The notes beneath the pieces are model-generated. The model was not told the DNA's origin. It saw only the letters and a program-made list of their open reading frames with translations, and did not search any database. Positions 18,520 through 29,030 of a stretch of 64,000 nucleotides of DNA are shown here, piece by piece. The DNA comes from an uncultured virus (IMG/VR IMGVR_UViG_3300037423_001642) (Duplodnaviria; Heunggongvirae; Uroviricota; Caudoviricetes): positions 1 through 64,000 of the IMG/VR virus record IMGVR_UViG_3300037423_001642; one strand, written 5' to 3'. The translations under genes were made by a program, and so were the position numbers. The number at the start of each line of letters is the position of its first letter. Within the stretch, counting starts at the first letter, position 1.

Positions 18520-19195
18520 CGTCCTCGCCTACATGTTTGGCTATTAATTTAGCATCTAAAGAAACTATGTTTTTCTTTCGAACATAAATTACAGGACATT
18601 CGTTGGATAGAGCATTCTTTATTGTTTCTACAAACCAGTCTTCACGATCCGGTCTGCAAACCAGACACACCATGGAACTGTCGAATGCAAATTTTGTTGC
18701 ATCTTTAATCTCTACTGGAAATTCATAACTTTGATATGGCATAATATCGAGACAAGTTACGTCGAACCCGGCATCTGAAAGGGCCTTTCCTGTGGAGCCG
18801 TTACCAGCGCCGCAATCGATGACATGTTTGCCACCATGAAGTTTTTTCATTTTGTTTATGAATGTCTTATTCGGTCGAAAAAATTGTTCGGAAGGGAGTA
18901 ATTCCGGAACTGCTTTTAAAATTTCAGCGAATTGTTCATCGGTTAAAGTTCTCTCACTATAAGAAGCTACAATGTCACTTTCTCTGCTTTTCTTGTATGC
19001 GGCAATTACTTTCTCTGTCCATACAGTGTTATAAGCCTCTATAATTGCTTGTTTGACTTCTTCAATCACATAGTCATTTGGATTAGTGAGAACCCATTCA
19101 TTGTTGTAAACATGGGCTGGCGGAATCTCGAATGTCAATCCGGGCAATTCAAGATGGAGAATCTTGAAGGTTCCTACGTATCTTACGTTTCTCAC
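18491..19195 (-). CDS. methyltransferase domain fused to a small N-terminal domain
   Basis: VIDCGAGNG, VTCLDI, IKDA in the C-terminal half. Confidence 0.7.
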   Translation of the reverse strand: MRNVRYVGTFKILHLELPGLTFEIPPAHVYNNEWVLTNPNDYVIEEVKQAIIEAYNTVWTEKVIAAYKKSRESDIVASYSERTLTDEQFAEILKAVPELLPSEQFFRPNKTFINKMKKLHGGKHVIDCGAGNGSTGKALSDAGFDVTCLDIMPYQSYEFPVEIKDATKFAFDSSMVCLVCRPDREDWFVETIKNALSNECPVIYVRKKNIVSLDAKLIAKHVGEDDEFMFSIKP

Positions 19196-20061
19196 GGTTC
19201 TACAAATCTCATACTCTGTACAAAATTGCTGTAGAAATAAAAGGTAGTCGTGGTGCCTCCACCACCGTGACCACCGCCACCACCCGTTGTTATAGATGTA
19301 TAAGAAGTGTCAGTAGTAAAAGTTCCAGCAGCATCCATTGTATTCAATGCAATTTGTCTAGAATTGCCACCATATGTATTGTTTGTTTCTAGAATCCTAG
19401 TATTTGTTGGTCCTCCATGTGAAATTGAAGGAATACCAGAATCAGCTATACTCAATCCGCCTTTGATGAATACTAAATCATTTTGTGCTACTGATAGACT
19501 TGTTGTACTATGAGATGACGAAGTGCTTTGTCCACCAGCATAGAATGCATTAGATACACCACTCCATCTACCGGGAAGAACATAGACCATTTGTGAGTTC
19601 GTATCAGATGTGCTACTTGCTTTATTGAAGGTTGCAGCGACGGACGTTAAGTTTCCAAAGCCAATTGGCACTTGAAATTGAAGTAACTTGAAAGCAGTAC
19701 CAACACCGGTCGTTTTGCTGTACAATAATGTTTCATCTGTTGCTGAATAAGCCCCACTATTAACGTTCACAACAGTAGTTCCGGGTGTGCTACCTTCATT
19801 CAAGACCAACAATGTGGTCCATCGACTCTGTAAACTGATTGCGGCTTGGGGATATGTTAAAGTGCCGGAAACAGACGTTGCGGTTGCAAAGGTAGAATCA
19901 AAAGCTTCATTAAACGGACCAACAGTTGTATTGGTTTCAAACCCCTGATTAACAGAAGTTTTAGAAATCATCGCATTTCTCGATGAAATAGTTTTCAGTG
20001 CTGAAATTACATCAGATACACCAACTAGAACTACTGATGGAATAGACGCTGGAAAAAACAC
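19192..20061 (-). CDS. putative fibre tip/receptor-binding protein
   Basis: Ser/Thr/Gly-rich; C-terminal GGGGGHGGGG loop; follows the fibre gene. Confidence 0.5.
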   Translation of the reverse strand: MFFPASIPSVVLVGVSDVISALKTISSRNAMISKTSVNQGFETNTTVGPFNEAFDSTFATATSVSGTLTYPQAAISLQSRWTTLLVLNEGSTPGTTVVNVNSGAYSATDETLLYSKTTGVGTAFKLLQFQVPIGFGNLTSVAATFNKASSTSDTNSQMVYVLPGRWSGVSNAFYAGGQSTSSSHSTTSLSVAQNDLVFIKGGLSIADSGIPSISHGGPTNTRILETNNTYGGNSRQIALNTMDAAGTFTTDTSYTSITTGGGGGHGGGGTTTTFYFYSNFVQSMRFVEP

Positions 20062-21389
20062 TATCCTAGAACTTTCTGAATGTGGCAGTGTTTAACACCA
20101 CCAATAGACGTGATGAATAAGAAGAAAGCATTTCCCACTACTGTGTTAAGAGTATCGCCAGTAACTTTATTCCAACCGGAGAAAGTAATCGCTCCCGGTG
20201 CAGAGTTGTAAAAATACACAACCATGCTACCGTCATTTGATGGTGGAGCTATGGTAAATGTCCCACCATTTCTCATGAGAACATAGTTGCCAGAAGCCAT
20301 GTTTGGCGTCCAAGTGCCAGACGAAGTAGTGCCCAAATCTGGCGTTGTAGCCGTATACCCAACCGTGAAATTCTTTGTGACGTTGGATTTAACAGTAGCA
20401 GCATCATATCCTTGCACTGTAACGCCGATAGACCCTGCCAAACCCGCTGGTGTTACCGCTCTTACGGCATCTGTACCCGCCTGTGTTTCGGCAGTTGTCG
20501 CCAATTCAACGATACCGGATGCCGCAGTTGATGATGCCGCCACGGAAATTGTGGGAACACCCGAAACGCCGTCACCATTCGAAACCGAAACCGGAGAAGT
20601 TCCTGTAATAGCTCTCTGAGTCCATGTGTCAGTACCTATACGAACCGGAAAGCCAGTGCCGCCAAGACCTTCCAAAGCAGCCAAGTCATTGGCCAATGTG
20701 ATCGTTGGGTTTCCGGCAACACCGTCACCATTCGATACAGAAACACCAGCGCCGGAAACCGTCACGCTTCTTTGAGCCCACGTGTCGGCGGCTGTACGCA
20801 CAGCGATACCGGTAGAAGTCAATGACTCAAGGGCATTCAAATCATTTGCGAGAGCTATTGTCGGATTGCCGGAAACACCGTTACCATTACTGATAGACAA
20901 ACCAGTAGAAGGGCCAGTGAGCGTTCTTTGAGCCCATGTGTCGGCGGCTGTACGAACGGCAATACCGGTAGAGGCCAGAGCTTCCAAAGCAGCCAAGTCA
21001 TTGGCCAAGGCTATTGTCGGATTGCCAGAAACACCATCACCGTTACCGATGGTCAAACCAGCGGCGGGAGCCGTGAGTGTACGTGACGAGAAAGTTCCGT
21101 TACCGGTTCTGGCCACCAATCCGGTTCCGGAAAGTCCTGTGATACCCGTAATATTATTTGACGCCAGAGTGTTATTGATTGTAACAATCTGTGTCTTAAT
21201 GGTGTTAACATTGGAAGTTAGGGAAGCGACATTTGCAGTCAACGTTATGACGTTTGCAGTAACAGCAATTACATCAGAATTGATCGATGTAATGTCGGTA
21301 ACAATTCTATTAACATTGTTACCAAATTGTGTGAGCGTCACCGAAGATGTTGGGCGAACGTCCATAATAGTTGCTGTTATTACTGTCAT
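20061..21389 (-). CDS. tail fibre protein
   Basis: N-terminal coiled coil; about four ~51-aa repeats (NGDGVSGNPTIALANDLAALE..TGIAVRT..DTWAQR); GIVELATTAETQAGTDAVRAVTP fibre motif. Confidence 0.8.
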   Translation of the reverse strand: MTVITATIMDVRPTSSVTLTQFGNNVNRIVTDITSINSDVIAVTANVITLTANVASLTSNVNTIKTQIVTINNTLASNNITGITGLSGTGLVARTGNGTFSSRTLTAPAAGLTIGNGDGVSGNPTIALANDLAALEALASTGIAVRTAADTWAQRTLTGPSTGLSISNGNGVSGNPTIALANDLNALESLTSTGIAVRTAADTWAQRSVTVSGAGVSVSNGDGVAGNPTITLANDLAALEGLGGTGFPVRIGTDTWTQRAITGTSPVSVSNGDGVSGVPTISVAASSTAASGIVELATTAETQAGTDAVRAVTPAGLAGSIGVTVQGYDAATVKSNVTKNFTVGYTATTPDLGTTSSGTWTPNMASGNYVLMRNGGTFTIAPPSNDGSMVVYFYNSAPGAITFSGWNKVTGDTLNTVVGNAFFLFITSIGGVKHCHIQKVLG

Positions 21390-21589
21390 TTATTTTCCAA
21401 AGCTCTTAATCTAGTTTCAAGGTCACTCACCATTTTTTCGAGTATGGCAATCCGCTTTTCCATGACAAGGAGATTTTTTGCCGTCTGTCTTCTTTTGCGG
21501 TAAGCTTCCAAAGATTTATTGTCTTTATTTATTAGAGCCCCGGTATCCTCATTTCTGAAAATACCGGGAACTTCGGTTCGTGCATCCAT
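21386..21589 (-). CDS. small conserved virion-region protein
   Basis: FRNEDTGALINKD..AYRKRR plus a coiled coil; follows the VrlC-like gene. Confidence 0.7.
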   Translation of the reverse strand: MDARTEVPGIFRNEDTGALINKDNKSLEAYRKRRQTAKNLLVMEKRIAILEKMVSDLETRLRALENK

Positions 21590-21593
21590 ATTT

Positions 21594-24500
21594 TTACATC
21601 TGTAGAGCTATCAAACGAAGGTCTGCCACTCTTGGAACCATGGCCGAATCCGTTGATGTTAGAACAATTTTTATCGAGAATTGTTTGAAACCAGAGAATG
21701 CAACGCCGTTCGAATTTGTATACTGAACAGCACCGAATAGACCGGTCATAATTGTATCAGAGAAACCAAATTCGTATTCAATCCAATCGTTCTGATTAGA
21801 GATAGAAGAGAATACAGTGTCAGATGTTTCCAATTGAATCCATGGATGACTTTCAAAGGTATCCGAGTCTTCGTTATTCGCAATTTTTGCATAGACCAAA
21901 ACGTCTGTATTTGGTGGACGGTAAGCAGTCAGATATACTTTCAAATCTTCTGCATCTTGACCTTCGGCCAAAGTGATAGTTTTGCAAATATATTTGTTCT
22001 GTGCTGCACCACCGGATGCCGCAGTTTCATTAGCCGTATTGGCATTTACAACGTTATGAACAAAGACGCCATGTGTTCTGTTCAAATCGATCACTGGCGA
22101 CACATAAGGAGTGCTTGAAACAATCGAGGCTACAGCCTGATTAGAACGGGCGCTCGAAATCAAATCAACTTCCTTCGAACGACCAAGCAAATTCTTTTCA
22201 GAAGTAAAGAAATTATTGTCGTCTGGAATTACGGCAATTGAAGTCGAATCCAACGAATTGGTATTCGATGTTCCTTTCATGGTCCAGCCAAGAGACGTGT
22301 TCTGGAAAGTCAAATAGTTTGGTTCGAAGTCCACAACAGAGTACTTGATTGGAATTTTTGAACCAATTGTGCCACGATCACCAGAGGCAGAACCAATGAT
22401 GATTTCGCCGTCTTCCCAATAACCAGTAGTGTCACGCAATTCGAGATGTGTCAAAGTTGCATTCACGGCACGATAGCTGTACAATGAGCCGCTTGGGTAT
22501 GTTACGGTTGCGAGAGTGGCTGTTCCTCTTGTGGTTCCTGTGTTTGATTTGATTGTCAGTGTTTCGCCGGATGTATAGTTCATAATGGAGTTAGCTGACA
22601 AACGATAGGTTCCGCCAGAGATAGCAACAACTTGGCTGTTTGCGTGAGAAGTAGCGCCAACAAGACGGTTTCCAACTGCGATAGCGGCAGTGTTACCCGA
22701 GATTGTGATTCTGTTCTGACCTCTAACGATTTCACCGAACTTGTCGAAATCCGAAGTAACGGAAGACATGATGAATTTTTCGAATGGCTTGTTACCAAAG
22801 TTGGCTGTACCAGTCGAGTTTGTGGTGAAGTCGGCACGATAGAAGGTGATCTTCAAATCGGCATTTGGAACTGGAGTCCAATCCATATTGTTGTTTGTGT
22901 CGAACAACGTTCCTGTATATTTTCTGCTTACAACATTTTGACCAGTTGTAACGTCAGCTTCACCAAGCTTCGTAATCCAGACATAAGTATCTGGATTTGT
23001 AGCAGTTGGGTGAATAACCAAAGCGTATTCGACGTTGTTGTACAAGAAAATTGGGCATTGGAAATAAATTCTTGTCGCCACTGTAGCGTCATCAGAAATT
23101 TGAATCTGACTTGGTTCTAGAGCAACAACAGAATATGGAACTGTATTTCTAGTAATGTTACCAGAATTATCCACTTCACGAACTTCAAACCATGCACCAA
23201 AGCTTGCATTTTTAGCTTCAAAATACAAATCGAAGCTTGTGAGGAATATACCTTCTTCTGTTGTAGGAGCATTGATAAAGAATGTATATGCCATACAGTC
23301 ACTACGACTTCCACCATTGCCACCACGGCCTGTCGTGGTTGTTGACGTTGTGGGGTTTCTGATTGGGTTAATGATTGTAACATTACCCTGTACGCCACCA
23401 GTCTGTGACACATCATCCTGTGAGGTTACAACCACATTGGTTGAAAGGATTGTGTCTTGCTTTTGTTGAATCAAGCCCGAGGCAGTGAAATATGCCAATG
23501 CATATGTCGTTGAATCATCTTCATTTGTTGGGCTATCCGACACACGAATTTTCTTCGTTCCGGTACGGAATCGCTTGCCAGAATCAGGGAAACGAAGCAA
23601 TGCGTAAGCTTTGCCGTCCGTGCCTGAAATCCAGTTTGCACCTTCGACACCAGTTGTAGAATAAGAACTGTTCGCTGGCGTCGTATAGTCCGACATCAAT
23701 TCATCATCGACATAAACCCATAGACGAGTGTTTGGCTTAATGTCACGTGCCGACAAGAGAACTGTCTGTGGACGAATGTATGGAATGATCGAAACGTCAA
23801 CAACCTTGTTTCCAAGATTCTCTGTTGTCGAAACAACGCTTGACGTTGTGGTCGTTCCCGAGCGTGTCTGCGAACCAAACTGTTCAATCTTTGTTGATTG
23901 ACCGGTTCTGTTGCTTGTTGTCTGTGCAGCCGATAAAGCAGCGGCTTCCGTGGTATACGTACCAATCAGAGCGCCAGTGCTGTTGTTGTAAACTTTATAG
24001 CCTGTGATCGTTGTCTGCCAAGAATCCCATGTTGTTTGCAACGGAGGAACGCTTGTCGGTGTAGAATCACCAACCATCGTGTCGGGCAACTGAACAGTAT
24101 CAACCCAAACGTCGGAGTCTGGAGTCAATGTCAACAAACCAATGAAGTTGTAGACGGCGTTTGTCGAGTTTCTTGTAGTTGTGGCGTATGGTTGTTCGAT
24201 GAACGAAACTTCCGTGTATGGAAGAGTGATCAAGTTGTTCGATTGCTGAACACCAGAACCCGAAACATATTGATATCCAACCGAGTCCATATCGAATTGT
24301 GGACGGATACTCTGTTCCTTCGGATCGACAACGATTGAGTAATCAGGATTTGTGATCGCACCCTGTGAGTGATCACGGAATGTATCAACGAAAATACCGT
24401 TTTTGAAGCGATCAAGGCCATTTTCGTCAAGGATAGACAAATCCGAAGCTTGCTTTTCAAGCAAATTCAACTGATTATAGTATTCCAGATTTGAAATACG

Positions 24501-27434
24501 TTCATCCAAAACGCCAATATCACGTTTTGTGTAGTTTCTGTATGCCGTTTTCTTGACTGTGCAAGCCAAATCTTGGCGATTTGACTCGATGGCATAGGCA
24601 GGCGACAATGACGGGTATGGAGCGATTGTCAATGTGGCCAAAGCCATGGCATTTGGAGGCGTTGTTGGCGTGATCGGAACCGTGGCTGGCTGACCTTCCA
24701 CAATAGAAATATTTCCAGCGGAATCCATAATCACCAAGTCCTTACGAGACATGTAATACGAATAATCGTATGTTACCTGTCCGCTTGGCGAAGGAAGATG
24801 TAGACCACCAGATGGTGCCGTGAAGCTTGTTGTCTTGGCCGGGTTGGCTGTAGCGCCCGCAACAGTCGTTGAACTGGTAGCAGTAGCCGCCTTCACAGGA
24901 CGGAAATCAAGACTGTTGCGAAGATCATAACGGATACCGGTCGTTGGCGACACATAGACCGGAATCTGTTGTGTCAAGATCGACGTATCCGAAATTGTAG
25001 CGTCGTTGATTGGGTATGAATCTACAGAGAAATAACCCAAGCCTTGTGTAAATGACGGTTCGAAGTGGTCGAGGCAAACCAATAGGTAATCACCCGAGGC
25101 GATAGGCGTAATCGGTGTGATCGTTGCATGATCATAAAGATTATCACGCTGGCCATTGTCGAAGATGAAATTGCTTGTTACGTCTGTACCGTCTGTAGAG
25201 GCAGTGAAAGCTGAACTTTTTGTTCGAACCGAACGAATTTGATACACGTCGGCAATACCCAAATTGAATGGGCCGGTTGTGCCGGAAGTAGCTCCATCGA
25301 TCTTCACATAACGAGATGGACGAAGAAGCTTCGCCGTTTCACGTGCCGTTGTCTTTGTCAAGCGCAATGTCGCCGTAGCAGCGGTTGTGGCCGACAAGGT
25401 TTCTTTCATGTCGAATGATGCGCTTGTTGACGAATTGATCGTGATCGTTCTATCTGTTCCGGCGTCCGCACCCTTCCCTGTGAAATCAACAATATCACCG
25501 ATTTTGTATTGTTTAGTGAAAGTTTGTCCGGTAACTGTCGAAGGAATTGCCACAGTGGTTTTTAGAACTGTGTCAGAGACGATTTGATCGATAAAAAATG
25601 TGCCAGTAACAGTCGAAATCGAAATTTTATCACCAACATTCAAACGGGTGAAGAATGTCGATGTTCCATTGATGGTTGTATTTGAGTGAGTGGCAACTGT
25701 ACCGCCCATGGTTTTGGTAGCAGCGGCGTCAAGAGAGATGATAATCTCTTCCTTATCGTCATCTACAAGGCCACCAACACCATATGGGAAAATTTCATCC
25801 ACGGCACCAGTGTTGATGGTGAATGTACCGCCAGAGGCGATAGAAATTGGGAATGATTTAGTGAAAGAGTAAGAGGTATCAACATTACCTCCCGAATCTC
25901 TTATGGCCTTAACCGCACCAGCGCCAATATCATAGATTGAGGCGTCAAGGGATGTTTCCAACAAAGTGGCTGTATTCGAGATAGGATCAAGAACAACGTC
26001 CGCTCCAAGGTCCGCTGTTGAAGCGTTATTCAAATACAGGCTTCGAACAGAAGAGAAGGCACCATTCGACATCTTAACGTCGAACAAATACACATTGTAC
26101 TGTGCAGAAGGAGTTCCGGCTACACCGGAATGGAGTTCAATACCACGAACTTTCGCATTACCGATAGCCGCACCAGTCTGTGCCGCTGTAGAGAAACCAA
26201 GGTTCGTCAAACGTGCCTGTGCAGTGTTGTAAAGCCAGACAACCGAAGCACTGTTCATGTCCCATGAACCACAAAGTTCCTTCACACGCAAATAATTGCC
26301 CATGCGAGTGCGTGAAACTTGGTTGTTGATGTTCTGTGCATCGATGGCCTTACGAACGTCTGTGTACTTTGTCACCAAAGTTTCGACATCGTAACCCTTG
26401 ACATATGCCAAGCCGGGCTCAACACCAGCAACCAACAACGAAGTATTACCAGTTGTTGTGTATAGACCCTGATTTGTGCCATTATCTTTGTGTTCACGAA
26501 TACGAACGTTCAAACCAGTAGCATAGAAGTCACCACAATCAGCGTCGGTTCTTCTAGCTAATTCATCACGAATAGCTGAATATTGTGTTCTTTCATATGT
26601 GACTTCCAAAATGCCGTCACGAATACGGAAAAGTTCAACAAAATTTGGTGGACCAGAAACATCGTCAAGGTCGGTCTTGGCCAACACAGCTTCAAGTTTG
26701 AATCGATCAGCACCCGGAGCGGCATAGTTATATGCGCCTAGAGCCGGATCATTTAGAGTTGGGTCGTCTTGTGCGGTGACAATCGATTCTAGAACATTGA
26801 AACCGATACGTGCAGATGGAGTTTGTGTGTATCGATCAAGAATGATCGTCTGTTTCACAAATGTAATGAAGTGATCTTTTGAGAATACAATACCGTCATC
26901 AATGGTAAAAGTTGCGCCTTTACCTGTGGCAGAGGTTGCAAAAACAACTGCATTACCGGCACTAGACGTTAGAATTTCACCATCGGCAAAAACCTTGGTC
27001 ACATTATCTGTGCCCGATGAAGTATAACGGACAAAAAGAGTTTTCTTGTCGGTTGCCGCCTGTGATCCATCCGCAACAGAGACAACAAAAGCCTTGACAC
27101 CAGTCGTCGCACCAGTCATGGTTGCGCCAACAAGGTTATTGACCACCACGGCACCGCCACCAGATGTGGTATCGTTGATTTTTACGTAATCAATATCGGT
27201 ATCGATGTGGAATTGACCACCAGCTACCAAAGAACCTTCTTTGAAAATATGCTCTGCAAATCTATCGATCTGCTTTTGAAGCATAGTTTGAAGCTGAGTC
27301 AATTCACGGGCTTGAACAGCAACCGATGGCTTGAAAACAATACGATAAAAACCCTTGGTCTGATCGTAGTCATCGTACCAAGGGTTTACATTGAAGTCAG
27401 TATTATAGGAAAAACTGATAGTATTAGATGCCAT
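21594..27434 (-). CDS. VrlC/DUF4815-like large structural protein
   Basis: FNVNPWYDDY...FKPSVAVQARELTQLQTMLQKQI, APGADRF, DRFKNGIFVDTF, PRVADLRLIAL. Confidence 0.9.
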   Translation of the reverse strand: MASNTISFSYNTDFNVNPWYDDYDQTKGFYRIVFKPSVAVQARELTQLQTMLQKQIDRFAEHIFKEGSLVAGGQFHIDTDIDYVKINDTTSGGGAVVVNNLVGATMTGATTGVKAFVVSVADGSQAATDKKTLFVRYTSSGTDNVTKVFADGEILTSSAGNAVVFATSATGKGATFTIDDGIVFSKDHFITFVKQTIILDRYTQTPSARIGFNVLESIVTAQDDPTLNDPALGAYNYAAPGADRFKLEAVLAKTDLDDVSGPPNFVELFRIRDGILEVTYERTQYSAIRDELARRTDADCGDFYATGLNVRIREHKDNGTNQGLYTTTGNTSLLVAGVEPGLAYVKGYDVETLVTKYTDVRKAIDAQNINNQVSRTRMGNYLRVKELCGSWDMNSASVVWLYNTAQARLTNLGFSTAAQTGAAIGNAKVRGIELHSGVAGTPSAQYNVYLFDVKMSNGAFSSVRSLYLNNASTADLGADVVLDPISNTATLLETSLDASIYDIGAGAVKAIRDSGGNVDTSYSFTKSFPISIASGGTFTINTGAVDEIFPYGVGGLVDDDKEEIIISLDAAATKTMGGTVATHSNTTINGTSTFFTRLNVGDKISISTVTGTFFIDQIVSDTVLKTTVAIPSTVTGQTFTKQYKIGDIVDFTGKGADAGTDRTITINSSTSASFDMKETLSATTAATATLRLTKTTARETAKLLRPSRYVKIDGATSGTTGPFNLGIADVYQIRSVRTKSSAFTASTDGTDVTSNFIFDNGQRDNLYDHATITPITPIASGDYLLVCLDHFEPSFTQGLGYFSVDSYPINDATISDTSILTQQIPVYVSPTTGIRYDLRNSLDFRPVKAATATSSTTVAGATANPAKTTSFTAPSGGLHLPSPSGQVTYDYSYYMSRKDLVIMDSAGNISIVEGQPATVPITPTTPPNAMALATLTIAPYPSLSPAYAIESNRQDLACTVKKTAYRNYTKRDIGVLDERISNLEYYNQLNLLEKQASDLSILDENGLDRFKNGIFVDTFRDHSQGAITNPDYSIVVDPKEQSIRPQFDMDSVGYQYVSGSGVQQSNNLITLPYTEVSFIEQPYATTTRNSTNAVYNFIGLLTLTPDSDVWVDTVQLPDTMVGDSTPTSVPPLQTTWDSWQTTITGYKVYNNSTGALIGTYTTEAAALSAAQTTSNRTGQSTKIEQFGSQTRSGTTTTSSVVSTTENLGNKVVDVSIIPYIRPQTVLLSARDIKPNTRLWVYVDDELMSDYTTPANSSYSTTGVEGANWISGTDGKAYALLRFPDSGKRFRTGTKKIRVSDSPTNEDDSTTYALAYFTASGLIQQKQDTILSTNVVVTSQDDVSQTGGVQGNVTIINPIRNPTTSTTTTGRGGNGGSRSDCMAYTFFINAPTTEEGIFLTSFDLYFEAKNASFGAWFEVREVDNSGNITRNTVPYSVVALEPSQIQISDDATVATRIYFQCPIFLYNNVEYALVIHPTATNPDTYVWITKLGEADVTTGQNVVSRKYTGTLFDTNNNMDWTPVPNADLKITFYRADFTTNSTGTANFGNKPFEKFIMSSVTSDFDKFGEIVRGQNRITISGNTAAIAVGNRLVGATSHANSQVVAISGGTYRLSANSIMNYTSGETLTIKSNTGTTRGTATLATVTYPSGSLYSYRAVNATLTHLELRDTTGYWEDGEIIIGSASGDRGTIGSKIPIKYSVVDFEPNYLTFQNTSLGWTMKGTSNTNSLDSTSIAVIPDDNNFFTSEKNLLGRSKEVDLISSARSNQAVASIVSSTPYVSPVIDLNRTHGVFVHNVVNANTANETAASGGAAQNKYICKTITLAEGQDAEDLKVYLTAYRPPNTDVLVYAKIANNEDSDTFESHPWIQLETSDTVFSSISNQNDWIEYEFGFSDTIMTGLFGAVQYTNSNGVAFSGFKQFSIKIVLTSTDSAMVPRVADLRLIALQM

Positions 27435-27464
27435 CTTTGTCTTTAATTATGAGGGAATATCAAT

Positions 27465-27472
27465 TATTTATA
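27465..27472 (-). promoter_or_regulatory. T4-type late promoter
   Basis: TATAAATA upstream of 27434. Confidence 0.8.
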
Positions 27473-27479
27473 AGAGATA

Positions 27480-28988
27480 TTACAGATTGATTACGAGACG
27501 GAAGTTTTCTTCCTGATTAACAGAACGAACAATCGGTGATCTATTTTCGACATATAGAAGCGAACCGGAGTACTTCTTTAGCGGTGAAGCTACGATTGAA
27601 GATACTGTTGCGGTTGCTGCCGATGTTCCACCTGTGATCGTTTCCGAAGTCGTGAATGAACCAACCACACTTGTTACAATAATTGAAGTTGTGTTGGCTT
27701 TTTCAACGAACACGCCGGTTGCGCCAGATGTTCCACCTGTGATGGTTTCATCTGGTAGGAAGGAACCCGATTGAGAAGTGAGAGTGAGCTTTGGAGCAAC
27801 AAGATATGATGTGTCCGTGGCAATCGAATTGTTCGCCAGCAATGGATTTGCAAGTACCCCGATGACACGGAAATCGTTATTCGAGAAGAATTTTCCAGCT
27901 TCGTCACCCGAAAATTGCACGAACATCATGACATTGTAGCCGTTCAATTCATAGACAGCATTCGATCCGTGACCGCCGTTAGGCGACAATTGGGCAACGA
28001 CGCTTGCACCAGAGCCCGTGTTGGCCGTTACAGCCAAGGTTGCTCTTCTGTAACCAGACCCTTCATTGATCACTTCGACTGTCGAAATAGTACCGTTCGA
28101 AACGGTTGAGTAAGCCGAGAATCCGGTTCCATCGCCAGATGTTACGGAGATAGTTGGGGAAACCAAATAGGCTGAACCACCGTTCGGCGCAATCGAGAAT
28201 GCAGGCGATACCGTGGCAATCTTGGAAGCACCGGAATAATTGGTGATCACACGCTTCTGACCAGCACCCGTGCCGGACGTAATGTAGATCGATGAACCAA
28301 CATAGATGCCACCAGTTGAGTTGGCAGACGATGCGAGAGTGACTTTTGTCGTATTGGAGGTTGTGACTGTGCCCGAATTGGTCTTGTAGTTGGAACCAAC
28401 CGCAGCGACACGAACGGTTGAAATTGAACCATCAACGGCAGCGGATTGAACATCCCATTGGAAAGAGCCGTCATCCGCTGTAAGTTTTTTCAATGGCACG
28501 AATGTTGTTGTCACGTACTTAACGGCGTCCGGAGCGGACACTTCACCCATAAATTTCCACTTATAACCGTCACCGGTAGAGAAAACGGAAGTCAAACGAC
28601 CGGAAGGCTTAACTGTTGACGCCGCACCCTTATTATTGTACATGCATTTATACAGGTTATATTCATCCGTCAGGACGAAGAACTGACTATCTTGAAACTG
28701 TGTATCTGTATTATATTCTGTGTAGACTTGGCCACTTGTCCAATTGTATCTTGGGCCTGCAAACGTAACATCTCCCGCCGCAACTTTCTTTGCAGAGATG
28801 ATGTTGTCCCAAATCTGATATTCAGAGGCATTTACCGAGTCTACTGGTGTGGGAGGATTGTTATCGTCGGTCCAAGGCTTTGGACGCCCGATAAACACAT
28901 AGAGATTTTCAAAAGCGGCTTCATCGAAAAGCTCTTTGAATTGTTCCGCTGCAAAAAGACGAAATCTCTTGGTAATAGTTCCTGTCAT
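27480..28988 (-). CDS. 8: baseplate wedge gp8
   Basis: LYVFIGRPKPW, YNLYKCMYNN, GDGYKWKFM, YSGSLLYVENRSPIVRS..QEE. Confidence 0.92.
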   Translation of the reverse strand: MTGTITKRFRLFAAEQFKELFDEAAFENLYVFIGRPKPWTDDNNPPTPVDSVNASEYQIWDNIISAKKVAAGDVTFAGPRYNWTSGQVYTEYNTDTQFQDSQFFVLTDEYNLYKCMYNNKGAASTVKPSGRLTSVFSTGDGYKWKFMGEVSAPDAVKYVTTTFVPLKKLTADDGSFQWDVQSAAVDGSISTVRVAAVGSNYKTNSGTVTTSNTTKVTLASSANSTGGIYVGSSIYITSGTGAGQKRVITNYSGASKIATVSPAFSIAPNGGSAYLVSPTISVTSGDGTGFSAYSTVSNGTISTVEVINEGSGYRRATLAVTANTGSGASVVAQLSPNGGHGSNAVYELNGYNVMMFVQFSGDEAGKFFSNNDFRVIGVLANPLLANNSIATDTSYLVAPKLTLTSQSGSFLPDETITGGTSGATGVFVEKANTTSIIVTSVVGSFTTSETITGGTSAATATVSSIVASPLKKYSGSLLYVENRSPIVRSVNQEENFRLVINL

Positions 28989-29013
28989 GGTTTATCCTGT
29001 AATGATTTAAATA

Positions 29014-29021
29014 TATTTATA
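29014..29021 (-). promoter_or_regulatory. T4-type late promoter
   Basis: TATAAATA upstream of gp8. Confidence 0.8.
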
Positions 29022-29030
29022 ATCAAATTC

